Below, piece after piece: positions 46,801 through 60,894 of a stretch of DNA of 64,000 nucleotides (within the stretch, counting starts at the first letter, position 1; the number at the start of each line of letters is the position of its first letter). This DNA comes from Macrostomum lignano. Taxonomy: Eukaryota. A program made the position numbers and the translations under genes. The notes beneath the pieces were generated by a model, which ran no database searches, was not told the DNA's origin, and saw only the letters and a list, made by a program, of their open reading frames with translations. Location of the stretch: contig NIVC01002324.1 in assembly GCA_002269645.1 (NCBI GenBank), positions 43,222 through 107,221 of the forward strand, read 5' to 3'.

Positions 46801-49800
46801 TCAGGGGAATTAGAGTCAGGGGAATTAGAGTCAGGGGAATTAGAGTCAGGGGAATTAGAGTCAGGGGAATTAGAGTCAGGGGAATTAGAGTCAGGGGAGT
46901 TAGAGTCAGGGGAATTAGAGTCAGGGGAATTAGAGTCAGGGGAATTAGAGTCAGGGGAGTTAGAGTCAGGGGAATTAGAGTCAGGGGAGTTAGAGTCAGG
47001 GGAATTAGAGTCAGGGGATTTAGAGTCAGGGGAATTAGAGTCAGGGGATTTAGAGTCAGGGGAATTAGAGTCAGGGGAATTAGAGTCAGGGGAATTAGAG
47101 TCAGGGGAATTAGAGTCAGGGGAATTAGAGTCAGGGGAATTAGAGTCAGGGGAATTAGAGTCAGGGGAATTAGAGTCAGGGGAATTAGAGTCAGGGGAAT
47201 TAGAGTCAGGGGAATTAGAGTCAGGGGAATTAGAGTCAGGGGAATTAGAGTCAGGGGAATTAGAGTCAGGGGAATTAGATTCAGGGGAATTAGAGTCAGG
47301 GGAGTTAGAGTCAGGGGAATTAGAGTCAGGGGAATTAGAGTCAGGGGAATTACAGTCAGGACAGTTAGAGTCAGGGGAATTAGAGTCAGGGGAATTAGAG
47401 TCAGGGGAATTAGAGTCAGGACAGTTAGAGTCAGGGGAATTAGAGTCAGGGGAATTAGAGTCAATGGAGTTAGAGTCAGGGGAATTAGAGTCAGGGGAAT
47501 TAGAGTCAGGAGAATTAGAGTCAGGGGAATTAAAGTCAGGGGAATTAGAGTCAGGGGAATTAGAGTCAGGGGAATTAGAGTCAGGGGAATTAGAGTCAGG
47601 GGAGTTAGAGTCAGGGGAATTGGAGTCAGGGGAGTTAGAGTCAGGGGAATTAGAGTCAGGGGAATTAGAGTCAGGGGAATTAGAGTCAGGGGAATTAGAG
47701 TCAGGGGAATTAGAGTCAGGGGAATTAGAGTCAGGGGAATTAGAGTCTGGGGAATTAGAGTCAGGGGAATTAGAGTCAGGACAGTTAGAGTCAGGGGAGT
47801 TAAAGTCAGGGGAATTAGAGTCAGGGGAATTAGAGTCAGGACAGTTAGAGTCAGGGGAATTAGAGTCAGGGGAGTTAGAGTCAGGGGAATTAGAGTCAGG
47901 GGAATTAGAGTCAGGGGAATTAGAGTCAGGGGAATTAAAGTCAGGGGAATTAGAGTCAGGGGAGTTAGAGTCAGGGGAATTAGAGTCAGGGGAATTAGAG
48001 TCAGGGGATTTAGAGTCAGGGGAATTAGAGTCAGGGGAATTAGAGTCAGGACAGTTAGAGTCAGGGGAATTAGAGTCAGGGGAGTTAGAGTCAGGGGAAT
48101 TAGAGTCAGGGGAATTAGAGTCAGGGGAATTAGAGTCAGGGGAATTAAAGTCAGGGGAATTAGAGTCAGGGGAGTTAGAGTCAGGGGAATTAGAGTCAGG
48201 GGAATTAGAGTCAGGGGAGTTAGAGTCAGGGGAATTAGAGTCAGGGGAGTTAGAGTCAGGGGAATTAGAGTCAGGGGAATTAGAGTCAGGGGAATTAGAG
48301 TCAGGGGAATTAAAGTCAGGGGAATTAGAGTCAGGACAGTTAGAGTCAGGACAGTTAGAGTCAGGGGAATTAGAGTCAGGGGAATTAGAGTCAGGGGAAT
48401 TAGAGTCAGGGGAGTTAGAGTCAGGGGAATTAGAGTCAGGGGATTTAGAGTCAGGGGAATTAGAGTCAGGGGATTTAGAGTCAGGGGAATTAGAGTCAGG
48501 GGAATTAGAGTCAGGGGAATTAGAGTCAGGGGAATTAGAGTCAGGGGAATTAGAGCCAGGGGAATTAGAGTCAGGGGAATTAGAGTCAGGGGAATTAGAG
48601 TCAGGGGAATTAGAGTCTGGGGAATTAGAGTCAGGGGAATTAGAGTCAGGACAGTTAGAGTCAGGGGAATTAGAGTCAGGGGAATTAGAGTCAGGGGAAT
48701 TAGAGTCAATGGAGTTAGAGTCAGGGGAATTAGAGTCAGGGGAATTAGAGTCAGGAGAATTAGAGTCAGGGGAATTAAAGTCAGGGGAATTAGAGTCAGG
48801 GGAATTAGAGTCAGGGGAATTAGAGTCAGGGGAATTAGAGTCAGGGGAGTTAGAGTCAGGGGAATTGGAGTCAGGGGAGTTAGAGTCAGGGGAATTAGAG
48901 TCAGGGGAATTAGAGTCAGGGGAATTAGAGTCAGGGGAATTAGAGTCAGGGGAATTAGAGTCAGGGGAATTAGAGTCAGGGGAATTAGAGTCTGGGGAAT
49001 TAGAGTCAGGGGAATTAGAGTCAGGACAGTTAGAGTCAGGGGAGTTAAAGTCAGGGGAATTAGAGTCAGGGGAATTAGAGTCAGGACAGTTAGAGTCAGG
49101 GGAATTAGAGTCAGGGGAGTTAGAGTCAGGGGAATTAGAGTCAGGGGAATTAGAGTCAGGGGAATTAGAGTCAGGGGAATTAAAGTCAGGGGAATTAGAG
49201 TCAGGGGAGTTAGAGTCAGGGGAATTAGAGTCAGGGGAATTAGAGTCAGGGGATTTAGAGTCAGGGGAATTAGAGTCAGGGGAATTAGAGTCAGGACAGT
49301 TAGAGTCAGGGGAATTAGAGTCAGGGGAGTTAGAGTCAGGGGAATTAGAGTCAGGGGAATTAGAGTCAGGGGAATTAGAGTCAGGGGAATTAAAGTCAGG
49401 GGAATTAGAGTCAGGGGAGTTAGAGTCAGGGGAATTAGAGTCAGGGGAATTAGAGTCAGGGGAGTTAGAGTCAGGGGAATTAGAGTCAGGGGAGTTAGAG
49501 TCAGGGGAATTAGAGTCAGGGGAATTAGAGTCAGGGGAATTAGAGTCAGGGGAATTAAAGTCAGGGGAATTAGAGTCAGGACAGTTAGAGTCAGGACAGT
49601 TAGAGTCAGGGGAATTAGAGTCAGGGGAATTAGAGTCAGGGGAGTTAGAGTCAGGGGAATTAGAGTCAGGGGATTTAGAGTCAGGGGAATTAGAGTCAGG
49701 GGATTTAGAGTCAGGGGAATTAGAGTCAGGGGAATTAGAGTCAGGGGAATTAGAGTCAGGGGAATTAGAGTCAGGGGAATTAGAGCCAGGGGAATTAGAG

Positions 49801-50455
49801 TCAGGGGAATTAGAGTCAGGGGAATTAGAGTCAGGGGAATTAGAGTCTGGGGAATTAGAGTCAGGGGAATTAGAGTCAGGACAGTTAGAGTCAGGGGAGT
49901 TAAAGTCAGGGGAATTAGAGTCAGGGGAATTAGAGTCAGGGGAATTAGAGTCAGGGGAATTAGAGTCAGGGGAATTAGAGTCAGGGGAATTAGAGTCAGG
50001 GGAATTAGAGTCAGGGGAATTAGAATCAGGGGAATTAGAGTCAGGGGAATTAGAGTCAGGGGAATTAGAGTCAGGGGAGTTAGAGTCAGGGGAATTAGAG
50101 TCAGGGGAATTAGAGTCAGGGGAATTAGAGTCAGGGGAATTAGAGTCAGGGGAATTAAAGTCAGGGGAATTAGAGTCAGGGGAGTTAGAGTCAGGGGAAT
50201 TAGAGTCAGTTGATTTAGAGTCAGGGGAATTAGAGTCAGGGGATTTAGAGTCAGGGGAATTAGAGTCAGGACAGTTAGAGTCAGGGGAGTTAGAGTCAGG
50301 GGAATTAGAGTCAGGGGAATTAGAGTCAGGGGAATTAGAGTCAGGGGAATTAGAGTCAGGGGAATTAGAGTCAGGGGAATTAGAGTCAGGACAGTTAGAG
50401 TCAGGGGAATTAGAGTCAGGGGAATTAGAGTCAGGACAGTTAGAGTCAGTGGAAT
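40855..50455. repeat. 9.6-kb 15-bp satellite (GAATTAGAGTCAGGG)n, ~640 copies, with higher-order duplications
   Basis: Directly visible. A variant cassette recurs at ~40951, 42601, 43260, 45330 and 46110. Confidence 0.99.
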
Positions 50456-50939
50456 CAGAAAAATAGCATGTATGTTGTGTATCAAAGACTTCTTTCTGTC
50501 ATGGTTTCTTCGTGATCAATTTTGTTTTAGAAACATATCTAACTGTGAGTAACAAAAAACTGGTGAATGAATGAAAGCTAGCAACATAAGAGGATTTGAT
50601 ATTTATTGTGAGTCAATGCTTCAATTCCGACTCAGCTCTTTTTCCCATTATAGTTGCCATCCTCACGGTAGACTGTTTCTTTTATCTCTGCATATGCCTG
50701 GCATTTGTCGACCTCTGAAGGGCTCGGTTGGGTCCCCCATTCCGCCAAAACCTGACCACTTGAAGGCGTCAGCAACCAGCTGTCCTGAACCGGAGATGTT
50801 AATCAAATTCGGTCGTGAAAAAAAACTATGCAATAATTTCAAATATTCGAAGCGCTTTTGACCTCATCAAATATAGTTATATGATTTTGCGTAAGTGTAC
50901 AACTAATTTGTAGAATAGAAAAGTTGATCGGAAAGAAAG

Positions 50940-51430
50940 TGAGTTGATGGTAAGGTAGATAGAGGAGACAGTGTGATGTAAAGGTAAATAGAAAGGCAGA
51001 TAGAAATTTAGATAGAAAGGTAGATACAAAGTTAGATAGAAAGGTAGACAGAAAGGTAGATAGAAAGGTAGATAGAAAGGTAGATAGAAAGGTGGATAGA
51101 AATTTAGATAGAAAGGTAGATAGAAAGGTAGATAGATGAGACAGTGTGATGGAAAGGTAGATAGCAAGGCAGATGGAAAGGCAGAAAGAAAAGTAGATAG
51201 AAAGATAGCTGTAAAGGTAGATAGAAAGGTAGATAGATGAGACAGTGTGATGGAAAGGTAGATAGCAAGGCAGATGGAAAGGCAGAAAGAAAAGTAGATA
51301 GAAAGATAGCTGTAAAGGTAGATAGAAAGTTAGATAGAAAGGTAAATAGAAAGGTAGATAGAAAGGTAGATAGAAAGGCAGATAAAAATTTAGATAGAAA
51401 GGCAGATAGAAAGGCAGATAGAAAGGTAGA
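50940..51430. repeat. AGGTAGATAGAA-type degenerate 12-bp repeat
   Basis: Directly visible. Confidence 0.9.
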
Positions 51431-51982
51431 TATTGCGTGCCACACAGGCTGAGCATGTGTATGCGCCAGTTCAGAATCGATATAACAACAGCTGGGCTAC
51501 ATGCTTGTACAGTGCTGTACATTTTTCTGTACAGTCTTGGGGTGTACACCAGATCGATAGTGCACACTGTTCCTCGGTAATGCAGGTTACAAAGGTGATC
51601 AATCAGGGATCAAACTATATCTGCATTATGACTGACTAATTAGAAATGCCAATATTAAAAAGCTAAACTGGATTGAAGTTAACTGCCGTGGACAAGTTTA
51701 TAAACTGACGCGAATATACGAAGGACGTGTGGTGGGAGTGGAATTTGTGAGGGTCGCGTACATGTACACAGGGCCGCGAGCGGACGGGCAGGGGAAGTGT
51801 CTGCTGCGCAGATGCGGACGGGAAGGTCGGTTCGCGGGGAGTGGTCGGCAATGTGGGATTATCTGTGTCCCCTCGGCCTCTCTGCAGTTCTCGGAATTTC
51901 CACACGCTTGGGCCAAGGCCATCAAATTCTAGAAACTGGAGTTGTCTAGCCTCGAATGCCTCTTGAAGATGAAGCGGAATAC

Positions 51983-52315
51983 GGCTAAACTCTTGTCTGT
52001 GGCGCTAAACTCTTGTCTGTGGCGCTAAACTCTTGTCTGTGGTGCTAAACTCTTGTCTGTGGCGCTAAACTCTTGTCTGTGGCGATAAACTCTTGTCTGT
52101 GGCGCTTAACTCTTGTCTGTGGGTGCTAAACTCTCGTCTGTGGCGCTAAACTCTTGTCTGTGGCGCTAAACTCTTGTCTGTGGGTGCTAAACTCTTGTCC
52201 GTGGCGCTAAACTCTTGTCTGTGGGCGCTAAACTCTTGTCTGTGGGCGCTAAACTCTTGTCTGTGGGTGCTAAACTCTTGTCCGTGGCGCTAAACTCTTG
52301 TCTGTGGGCGCTAAA
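51983..52315. repeat. 20-22-bp minisatellite GGCGCTAAACTCTTGTCTGT
   Basis: Directly visible. Confidence 0.9.
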
Positions 52316-52914
52316 CCCTGTGCAGTTTTGCTACTCCAGGCTGTGGTTCTGGGCCTCCTTGGCTGAGCAGAGCTGAGCAGACTGACTCAGTCACACAGCA
52401 GCAGCGGCGGGTCGGCATGAGACCCTCTCCTCTGCTCTCCCTTCTCCTCTCTCTCCCTTGCGTCCTCCACACGCAGCCGAGCTGTGGGGGACTGGCAGGT
52501 TCTGCTTGGCATTCCCACCGCACTGACTGGAAAGCTCCCCCCAGTGCCGCATTTCTCCTCCTCTCTTCCCCTTTCTGCGCCGCCACCCCAGCTCCCCAAG
52601 TACCCCGGGCCAGCCCCCGCCAATCCAACGGCCAAGTACGGTGGGATTAAAGCCTTTAATTCCCGCTATTTGGGCCCGTGCTAGGGAGCCAACGATTCAG
52701 GAACTGGCCTTACACGCACTCGGTCGAAGTAATATCACAGAGATTTGCAATTGTGATAAGAAATTTTCTGATATTTAAAGATTTTTTATGCTTAGACAGG
52801 CAATTGATTCAGTCAGTAGTCGTTTTGCTTTCACGGAAAAATCGAAGCTATAATTCGGTGAGTGACTTTGGGGGCTTTTCGTTTTTGCAACGGATTCTGT
52901 TTAACTTGTGTAGC

Positions 52915-53568
52915 TGGGGGGAACTGAGCTACAGGGGAACTGAGCTACAGAGGGAACTGAGCTACAGAGGGAACTGAGCTACAGGGGAACTGAGCTACAG
53001 AGGGAACTGAGCTACAGGGGAACTGAGCTACAGAGGGAACTGAGCTACAGAAGGAAATGAGCTACAGAGGGAACTGAGCTACAGAGGGAACTGAGCTACA
53101 GAGGGAACTGAGCTACAGGGGAACTGAGCTACAGAGGGAACTGAGCTACAGGGGAACTGAGCTACAGAGGGAACTGAGCTACAGAGGGAAATGAGCTACA
53201 GGGGAACTGAGCTACAGAGGGAAATGAGCTACAGAGGGAACTGAGCTACAGAGGGAAATGAGCTACAGAGGGAAATGAGCTACAGAGGGAAATGAGCTAC
53301 AGAGGGAACTGAGCTACAGAGGGAACTGAGCTACAGAGGGAACTGAGCTAGCTACAGAGGGAACTGAGCTACAGAGGGAACTGAGCTACAGAGGGAACTG
53401 AGCTACAGAGGGAACTGAGCTACAGAGGGAACTGAGCTACAGGGGAACTGAGCTACAGAGGGAAATGAGCTACAGAGGGAACTGAGCTACAGAGGGAAAT
53501 GAGCTACAGAGGGAACTGAGCTACAGAGGGAACTGAGCTACAGAGGGAACTGAGCTACAGAGGGAACT
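52915..53568. repeat. 17-18-bp minisatellite GAGCTACAGAGGGAACT
   Basis: Directly visible. Confidence 0.93.
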
Positions 53569-54381
53569 GTGTTTATCTCTCTCTCTTACTGCAGAGAAGC
53601 TGAGTCATCCAGCAAAAAAATTTCAAGTTTGTGGCGTTTGCAGCAGTCCAGGCAGGCCACACAGAGAGAGATAGGGGCTGGGGGAAGGACCCAACTTTAT
53701 TCCCCAACTTTAACCCGTTCATCCTCCAGCTGCAGCGAAGCGGGGCTCCGTGATACGGGCCTCCCGTGGGGGGGGGGCTGACTCATCCACATCGCCCTCC
53801 GGGGCCTCGGGGAAATCAAGCGAGGTCTTTGTTAAGCCCACCCACACGCGACCCTACAGGGGAGGGGGGGGGGGCTGCGGCTTCCTCATGGAGACCCAGA
53901 GCCAGAGCCTGGAGAAACGACTCCTTCCCCAGACCTCCCCATTTACAGACAACTATAGGCTGACTTCTAACTGTATGACCCGAATTTTGTGAGTTTGTTG
54001 GTGCTGCTGTTTCTGAAGACATTGATTGTTTACTATTTCCCGCCAGCCAGCCTATAGTTGTCTAAAAAGACCGACAAAGAGTCTCTATAGAAGAGCTCCA
54101 GGTTTTACATTTAAAGGCTCCTTGGCTCCCCAGTCACCCCTGCACGTGTCGAGCGACATCTGGTCGCAGGAGCCCCCATCCCATCCCATCCCATCCCATC
54201 CCCATTGCCGCCCCAACTGTCCTCTCTCGCTCTCTCCGCAGACCTCATTCGCCCCAACTAAGTGGCTCGCAATGCCCGTCCCGGGAGGTCTTTGTTGTTT
54301 GGGGAGCAGCTTTATCCCCCCCCCCCGCAAGCCCATATAACTGGCGAAGCGGAACCCGTCATTAACCTGGCAGGCGGGGCA

Positions 54382-54780
54382 ATGTCAGAGGCGGAGCTGC
54401 AGCATCAGGAGCCGCGTGATGAAGAGCTAGACCTGGACGACGAAAAGCTGGCAGGCGTGGACGCCTCCGGCCGGACCATCGTGGTAAACCCGAACCCGAT
54501 GCATGAGATCATGAAGCGAGCGGAGCAGCTGCGGAGCGAGACCTCCGACGGGGTGGTGTACCCGTGCGAGTACTGCCAGAAGGTGTTCAAGTTCAAGTAC
54601 GAGTACGAGAGGCACGCCAAGATCCACAGCGGCGACCGGCCCTGGCAGTGCCCGGAGTGCATGAAGACCTTCAGCCGCAAGGACAACATGCGAGCGCACA
54701 TGAAGATCCACACCGGGGAGCTGGTCAGGCATATCTGCCACCTGTGCGGCAAATCCTATGGGAGAAAGTACGACTTGCAG
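54382..54780 (+). CDS. C2H2 zinc-finger protein, first identifiable coding exon (fingers 1-2 and half of 3)
   Basis: CEYCQKVFKFKYEYERHAKIH-SGDRP-CPECMKTFSRKDNMRAHMKIH-TGE-CHLCGKSYGRKYDLQ|gtgagt. The start ATG at 54382 is tentative. Confidence 0.88.
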
Positions 54781-54974
54781 GTGAGTCTAGTGGAGCATTG
54801 GTTTATGGTGTCTTGGAGTCTTTATTGGTCCCAATGCGACCCCATCTGATCCCAATGTGATCCATAAACCAATGTGAACCTAAACTGACCCCAGTGTGAT
54901 ACCAGTGTGACTCCCATATTAATCACATATTAATGTGATCCCAGACGAATTCGGCCTCATCCTAGTTTTTTTCC

Positions 54975-56052
<1,078 letters not shown>

Positions 56053-56084
56053 TGAGTAGCTGCTGGTTTTAGATTTGCTTTCTC

Positions 56085-56440
56085 TAGCTGGTCATGGGCG
56101 ATTCTCCAGTTGGTCATGGGGTGATTCTGCAGTTGGTCATGGGGTGATTCTCCAGTTGGTCATGGGGTGATTCTCCAGTTGGTCATGGGGTGATTCTCCA
56201 GTTGGTCATGGGGTGATTCTCCAGTTGGTCATGGGGAGATTCTGCAGTTGGTCATGCGGTGATTCTGCAGTTGGTCATGGGGTGATTCTCCAGTTGGTCA
56301 TGGAGTGATTCTCCAGTTGGTCATGGGGTGATTCTGCAGTTGGTCATGGGGTGATTCTGCAGTTGGTCATGCGGTGATTCTCCAGTTGGTCATGGGGTGA
56401 TTCTCCAGTTGGTCATGGGGTGATTCTCCAGTTGGTCATA
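56085..56440. repeat. 23-bp intronic minisatellite GATTCTCCAGTTGGTCATGGGGT
   Basis: Lies within zinc-finger intron 2. Confidence 0.92.
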
Positions 56441-56551
56441 TAAGGGCGGTTTTGGGGGGCTCAAAAGTACATGTACATACAATATTTTTTATAATTACAT
56501 GCAAATTACATTAAATTAATTTACAAATTTTTATAACCCTCCAACCCGTAG

Positions 56552-56849
56552 GCACATCAGCATCAGCCTGGTGAAGTCCTGCCGTCAGCCTCGGCCGAAG
56601 AGCGTCGGACCGTCAGCCAACATGGATGACCCGCTGTCGGCGGAGTCCCCGGAGGTGCCTAGCCCGGCTGAGGTGGAGAACCGGCTGCAGCTGCTGGAGG
56701 CGGCGCTGTGGCAACGCAAGGCGGAGCTGGCGGACCGCGGCATCAAGGTGGAGTTGGACGGTCTGCAGGGCAGGGCGGTCGGCGAGCTGAACCACACTGA
56801 CTTTCACGTCGTTTTGCCGACCGAGCCGTGCAAGGGGGAGCCAGCCTGA
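56552..56849 (+). CDS. C2H2 zinc-finger protein, last exon
   Basis: cgtag|G CAC ATC gives a phase-compatible junction and an open frame to TGA at 56847-56849. The spliced product is about 413 aa. Confidence 0.75.
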
Positions 56850-56965
56850 TTAAATTGACAGGTGCAGGGTGGTACAGAACTCCTAGTCGCTTCCGGGGTT
56901 GCTAATCTAGTCAGCTGCGGTCTGGGCGCGATGTTGGGCTCGGAGTTTGAAAACAAGATGGCGCC

Positions 56966-57078
56966 TAAACTGGTGTCAGAGATGGCACTTAAACTGGTGT
57001 CAGAGATGGCGCTTAAACTGGTGTCAGAGATGGCGCTTAAACTGGTGTCAGAGATGGCGTAAAAACTGGTGTCAGAAC
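56966..57078. repeat. 24-bp tandem repeat AAACTGGTGTCAGAGATGGCGCTT
   Basis: 4-5 copies. Confidence 0.88.
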
Positions 57079-58040
57079 AGCCCAACTACCCAGATACCCG
57101 CTTAAATTTTATCTATCATATCATCTAGTCTATTACATTAACTGATATAATTTTTGTTGAAACACCAAATTCATTGTGGTGAAAGTTGTCAATTTTTATT
57201 CTATTTATTTGTCTACACTTAAGAGCACACAGCTGTTATTTGTTGTGAATGCATCCAAACAAAATTAATAACTAACACCATGACAGAAGTCTCGCTCTTC
57301 AAGTTCATTTCCATGGCAATTCTACTATAAACAAATATACAAATTTAATGTTTATTATTTACAGCACAAGGACAAAGGACTCTTCAGCGCTAGATTTTTC
57401 CGCAACTATTTACAGTCTCCAGCACAAAAAAGAGCACACAAACCCGCGCGTTCTACTGTCAGTAATTAAAAACAACTTTTCAATTACAATATGCGGTGCA
57501 AGTAAGATGGGACAAAATTGAAAAGCAATGGCTATTGCTCAAACGCCAAAAGCAATAAATGTTCAGAGCTACATGGAGGAGGCAGATATTTGCATGCATT
57601 AGCTGTAAGGGTGGCCAAGGTTAATACAAACAAATTTAACACTAAATAAATATTGAATTGACTATTTTGACAAAGATAATTTAAACATCCGAAGGGCAAT
57701 GGTCAACAACCAATGCGTTTTACAATAAAGTTCAGGATATGACAGAATAAAACAAGCGCATGCGAACACTGCCTATTGGCAGTAGTGCGACCGTAGGATC
57801 TCACAGGTATCAGATTAAAGAAGGAATTCAACAAAAATGAACAAGCAAAACAAAATCAATATTTAAGACATTCAAATGCCTTTTATTGTACAAAAATTGA
57901 AATATCAAAGTCAACGATAAAAACAAATACACATTGAAACACGCAAAACAGACTACTTGTAGTAAACGTTTTAAATCGAAGTGCGGAGAGACAACAACTG
58001 CAGGGCCTGACTAAAGTAGAACGCATCTACCCGCTGTCTG

Positions 58041-58370
58041 AATGAAGGGCCTGAAGGTGGTGTCAGCTACAAATGAAGGGTCTGAAGGTGGTGTCAGCTA
58101 CGAATGAAGGGCCTGAAGGTGGTGTCAGCTACGAATGAAGGGCCTGAAGGTGGTGTCAGCTACGAATGAAGGGCCTGAAGGTGGTGTCAGCTACAAATGA
58201 AGGGCCTGAAGGTGGTGTCAGCTACGAATGAAGGGCCTGAAGGTGGTATCAGCTACAAATGAAGGGCCTGAAGGAGGTGTCAGCTACAAATGAAGGGCCT
58301 GAAGGTGGTGTCGGCTACGATGAAGGGCCTGAAAGTGATGTCAGCTACAAATGAAGGGCCTGAAGTGGTG
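58041..58370. repeat. 31-bp tandem repeat AATGAAGGGCCTGAAGGTGGTGTCAGCTACG
   Basis: About 10 copies. Confidence 0.9.
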
Positions 58371-58453
58371 GTAGCAAGTTCTAAAAAGCCCCAGCTGCAC
58401 TGATAGCAACGGACAGCACTTAAGAAAACATTGGCATAAATTAACAAAAATCA

Positions 58454-59022
58454 CTAGCTATCATTATCAGCCGCAGATTCCTCAGCCTCCACTTTCGCAG
58501 TCTCGCCATTCTTATTGTCCTCATCAACCTCCTCTCTGCTGGCAACAGTATCGGCGGCGGGGGTCTCGGGTTCGAACTGGCCAGGTTGGCCAGCTGCAGG
58601 CTCGGAATGCGGCTCCGTCTCCGTCTTGACCTCAGTTGTCAGCGATTCCGGCGGGGCCGGCGGCGGGGGCGGGTGCTCTACCACGGTCCTGTAGCGGTTA
58701 TAGGAGTGGTATGGCGGTCCGGTGGAGCCCGGGCTCAGCATGATGCGGCTGGTCCGCAGGCCGGGCCGATTGTCCTCAGCCGCCTGGCCCAGCAGCCACG
58801 CCCGGCAGGCCGCGTCCCCAGCCAGCCGCTCCCGATTGGTTGGCCGGGCCAGCCAATCAGCGAGCCGGGCCCGCTTAGCCTGGGTGACGGCCCGGTGGGT
58901 GGCTTTGGCGCAGGCCAGCTGGCCGGACCTGTAGAAGACGCTCTCGCAGCCGGTGGCGTACATGAGGACGCAGGCGCGCTTGCTGACTCCGCGAATCTCC
59001 ATCTGATCCCAGTAGGTAACGC
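58454..59022 (-). CDS. SIN3: SIN3 co-repressor, last exon (Sin3a_C)
   Basis: GVTYWDQMEIR...CVLMYATGCESVFYR...AKATHRAVTQAKRARLADWL resembles the SIN3A C-terminal domain. In-frame acceptor ccaag|GC at 59022 (an alternative at ~59047 needs a frameshift). Confidence 0.75.
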
Positions 59023-59099
59023 CTTGGAATAGCTCGCTTGTTCGGGCCTGGTTGGGGAGGTTAGCGGGTTTTATGACCTGGGATTCGAGCAGTTTATAT

Positions 59100-59410
59100 G
59101 GGAATAATTTGATTTGGGATTTGGGGATTTTTATTTGGGATATGAGGATTTCTATGGGATTTGGGAGTAATTTGATTTGGGGATTTGGGGATTTTCTATT
59201 TGGGATATGAGGATTTCTATGGGATTTGGGAGTAATTTGATTTTGGGATTTGGGGATTTTCTATTTGGGATTTGAGGATTTTATTACGACGTATATGGGG
59301 TTTTTAAAATAGTTTCATTTGGGATTTGAGGATTCTCTATTTCGGATTTGAGTGTATGAATTGGAATGTTGAAGTAATTTGATTTGGGATTCGGGTTAAT
59401 GATTTGGGGC
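59100..59410. repeat. GATTTGGG-type degenerate intronic repeat
   Basis: Lies in a SIN3 intron. Confidence 0.75.
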
Positions 59411-59739
59411 AAAGAATTTTTACAACTAGGGAATGGCGATCTCTGTAATTACAGATTTGAATGCTTTTATACTTAACGAATTGGTACCCTAGTGATTCGA
59501 GTATGAGGATTTTTGTCAGTAGGGGTTGGGAAGTTCTGTATTAAATTTTAATTATGCGATTCACAGTTAGGGATACCAAGAAAAGCTTCGGCATACCTGG
59601 AAACCAAACGTAGCCCTGAGCAGACTCCAAATATCTCGCTGCCATTGAACCCTTTGCCGTACTGACTCTGAAGGGTCGGCAGAGGCTGGCAACTCGGAAG
59701 AGGCTGGCAACTCGGCAGAGGCTGGCATCTCGGCCTCAC

Positions 59740-59870
59740 CGTTGGCGGAGTCCTGCCTGCATGCCTTGGCCAGGCGAATCCACTGCAGAGCGTTGCGCAC
59801 CAGAAACACCTGGCGGATGCGAAGTTGCTCGTTCGAGTCAGGCGCCGCCCGGTCGTCCGAGACGCCACCT
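59740..59870 (-). CDS. SIN3: SIN3 exon (QVFLVRN)
   Basis: gcag|A...RIRQVFLVRNALQW...AN G|gtgagg; matches SIN3 KPVFLPRN. Confidence 0.75.
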
Positions 59871-59929
59871 CTGCTTATCGGGGAGCGGTGGGTTGCATCA
59901 TAGTTGTTATTTATATAGGCATTGTTGAC

Positions 59930-60530
59930 TGGGAACAGTGTGGGATGCAGTGTGGGGAACAGTGTGGGATGCAGTGTGGGGAACAGTGTGGGATGCAGTG
60001 TGGGGAACAGTGTGGGATGCAGTGTGGGGAACAGTGTGGGATGCAGTGTGGGGAACAGTGTGGGATGTAGTGTGGGGAACACTGTGGGATGCAGTGTGGG
60101 GAACACTGTGGGATGCAGTGTGGGATGCAGTGTGGGATGCAGTGTGGGATGCAGTGTGGGATGTAGTGTGGGGAACACTGTGGGATGCAGTGTGGGGAAC
60201 ACTGTGGGATGCAGTGTGGGATGCAGTGTGGGGAACAGTGTGGGATGCAGTGTGGGATGCAGTGTGGGATGCAGTGTGGGGAACAGTGTGGGATGCAGTG
60301 TGGGATGCAGTGTGGGAACAGTGTGGGATGCAGTGTGGGATGCAGTGTGGGAACAGTGTGGGATGCAGTGTGGGATGCAGTGTGGGGAACAGTGTGGGAT
60401 GCAGTGTGGGATGCAGTGTGGGGAACAGTGTGGGATGCAGTGTGGGGAACAGTGTGGGATGCAGTGTGGTATGCAGTGTGGGGAACAGTGTGGGATACAA
60501 AATGGGGAACAGTGTGGGATGCAGTGTGCC
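59930..60530. repeat. TGTGGGATGCAG/GGGGAACAG intronic repeat
   Basis: Lies in a SIN3 intron. Confidence 0.92.
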
Positions 60531-60546
60531 GAAAGCAGTGGCTCAC

Positions 60547-60867
60547 CTGTACTTCTGCAGATACTGCAACCAGCTACAATTTCCACCTGAGCAGTCAGCA
60601 GCAGTGGCAGATTCCGGCCCGCTCAGGCGGGGGTGAACCGGCCACTTCCACGGAGGCTGCCACGTCGGGGGCCGGGTCCTCCGACGGCGGCCGGGGCGGC
60701 TGCGTAGTCTGAGTTGGCGCAGGCTCCGGCGGCGGAGACGGAGGCGGCTGCTGCCGCTCCATCAGCTGGAATGTGAGCTGGCGAGATTCTTGATCGACTG
60801 CGACGCGAAAAAGATTCTCCTGCTGCGACTGGTGGTGCGACTCGGCCATGAGCCGCTCGCTCTGCGC
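60547..60867 (-). CDS. SIN3: SIN3 exon (two apparent frameshifts)
   Basis: KRRA-ERLMAE...ENLFRV...QLTFQLME...WLQYLQKY|gtgagc matches YQRKAEQLM..ENCFK..QLTIELL..WSDYVERY. Requires indels near 60860 and ~60620-60640. Confidence 0.65.
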
Positions 60868-60894
60868 CTGCGGGATTCGGGTGGGGCGTTTGCG

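Noticed and set aside
40777-50485. Giant ORFs (ELESG)n and (TLIPL)n of 637-1574 aa
   Set aside because: They arise from a stop-free 15-bp satellite and are broken by several frameshifts, with no unique domain. Single-step stops in the ELESG frame need transversions, so their absence is weak evidence.
52417-52650. ORF with a signal-like N-terminus (MRPSPLLSLLLSLP) as another secreted peptide
   Set aside because: The Leu/Ser run derives from a CT-rich tract; there is no acidic/cationic architecture, shared promoter or homology to the family.
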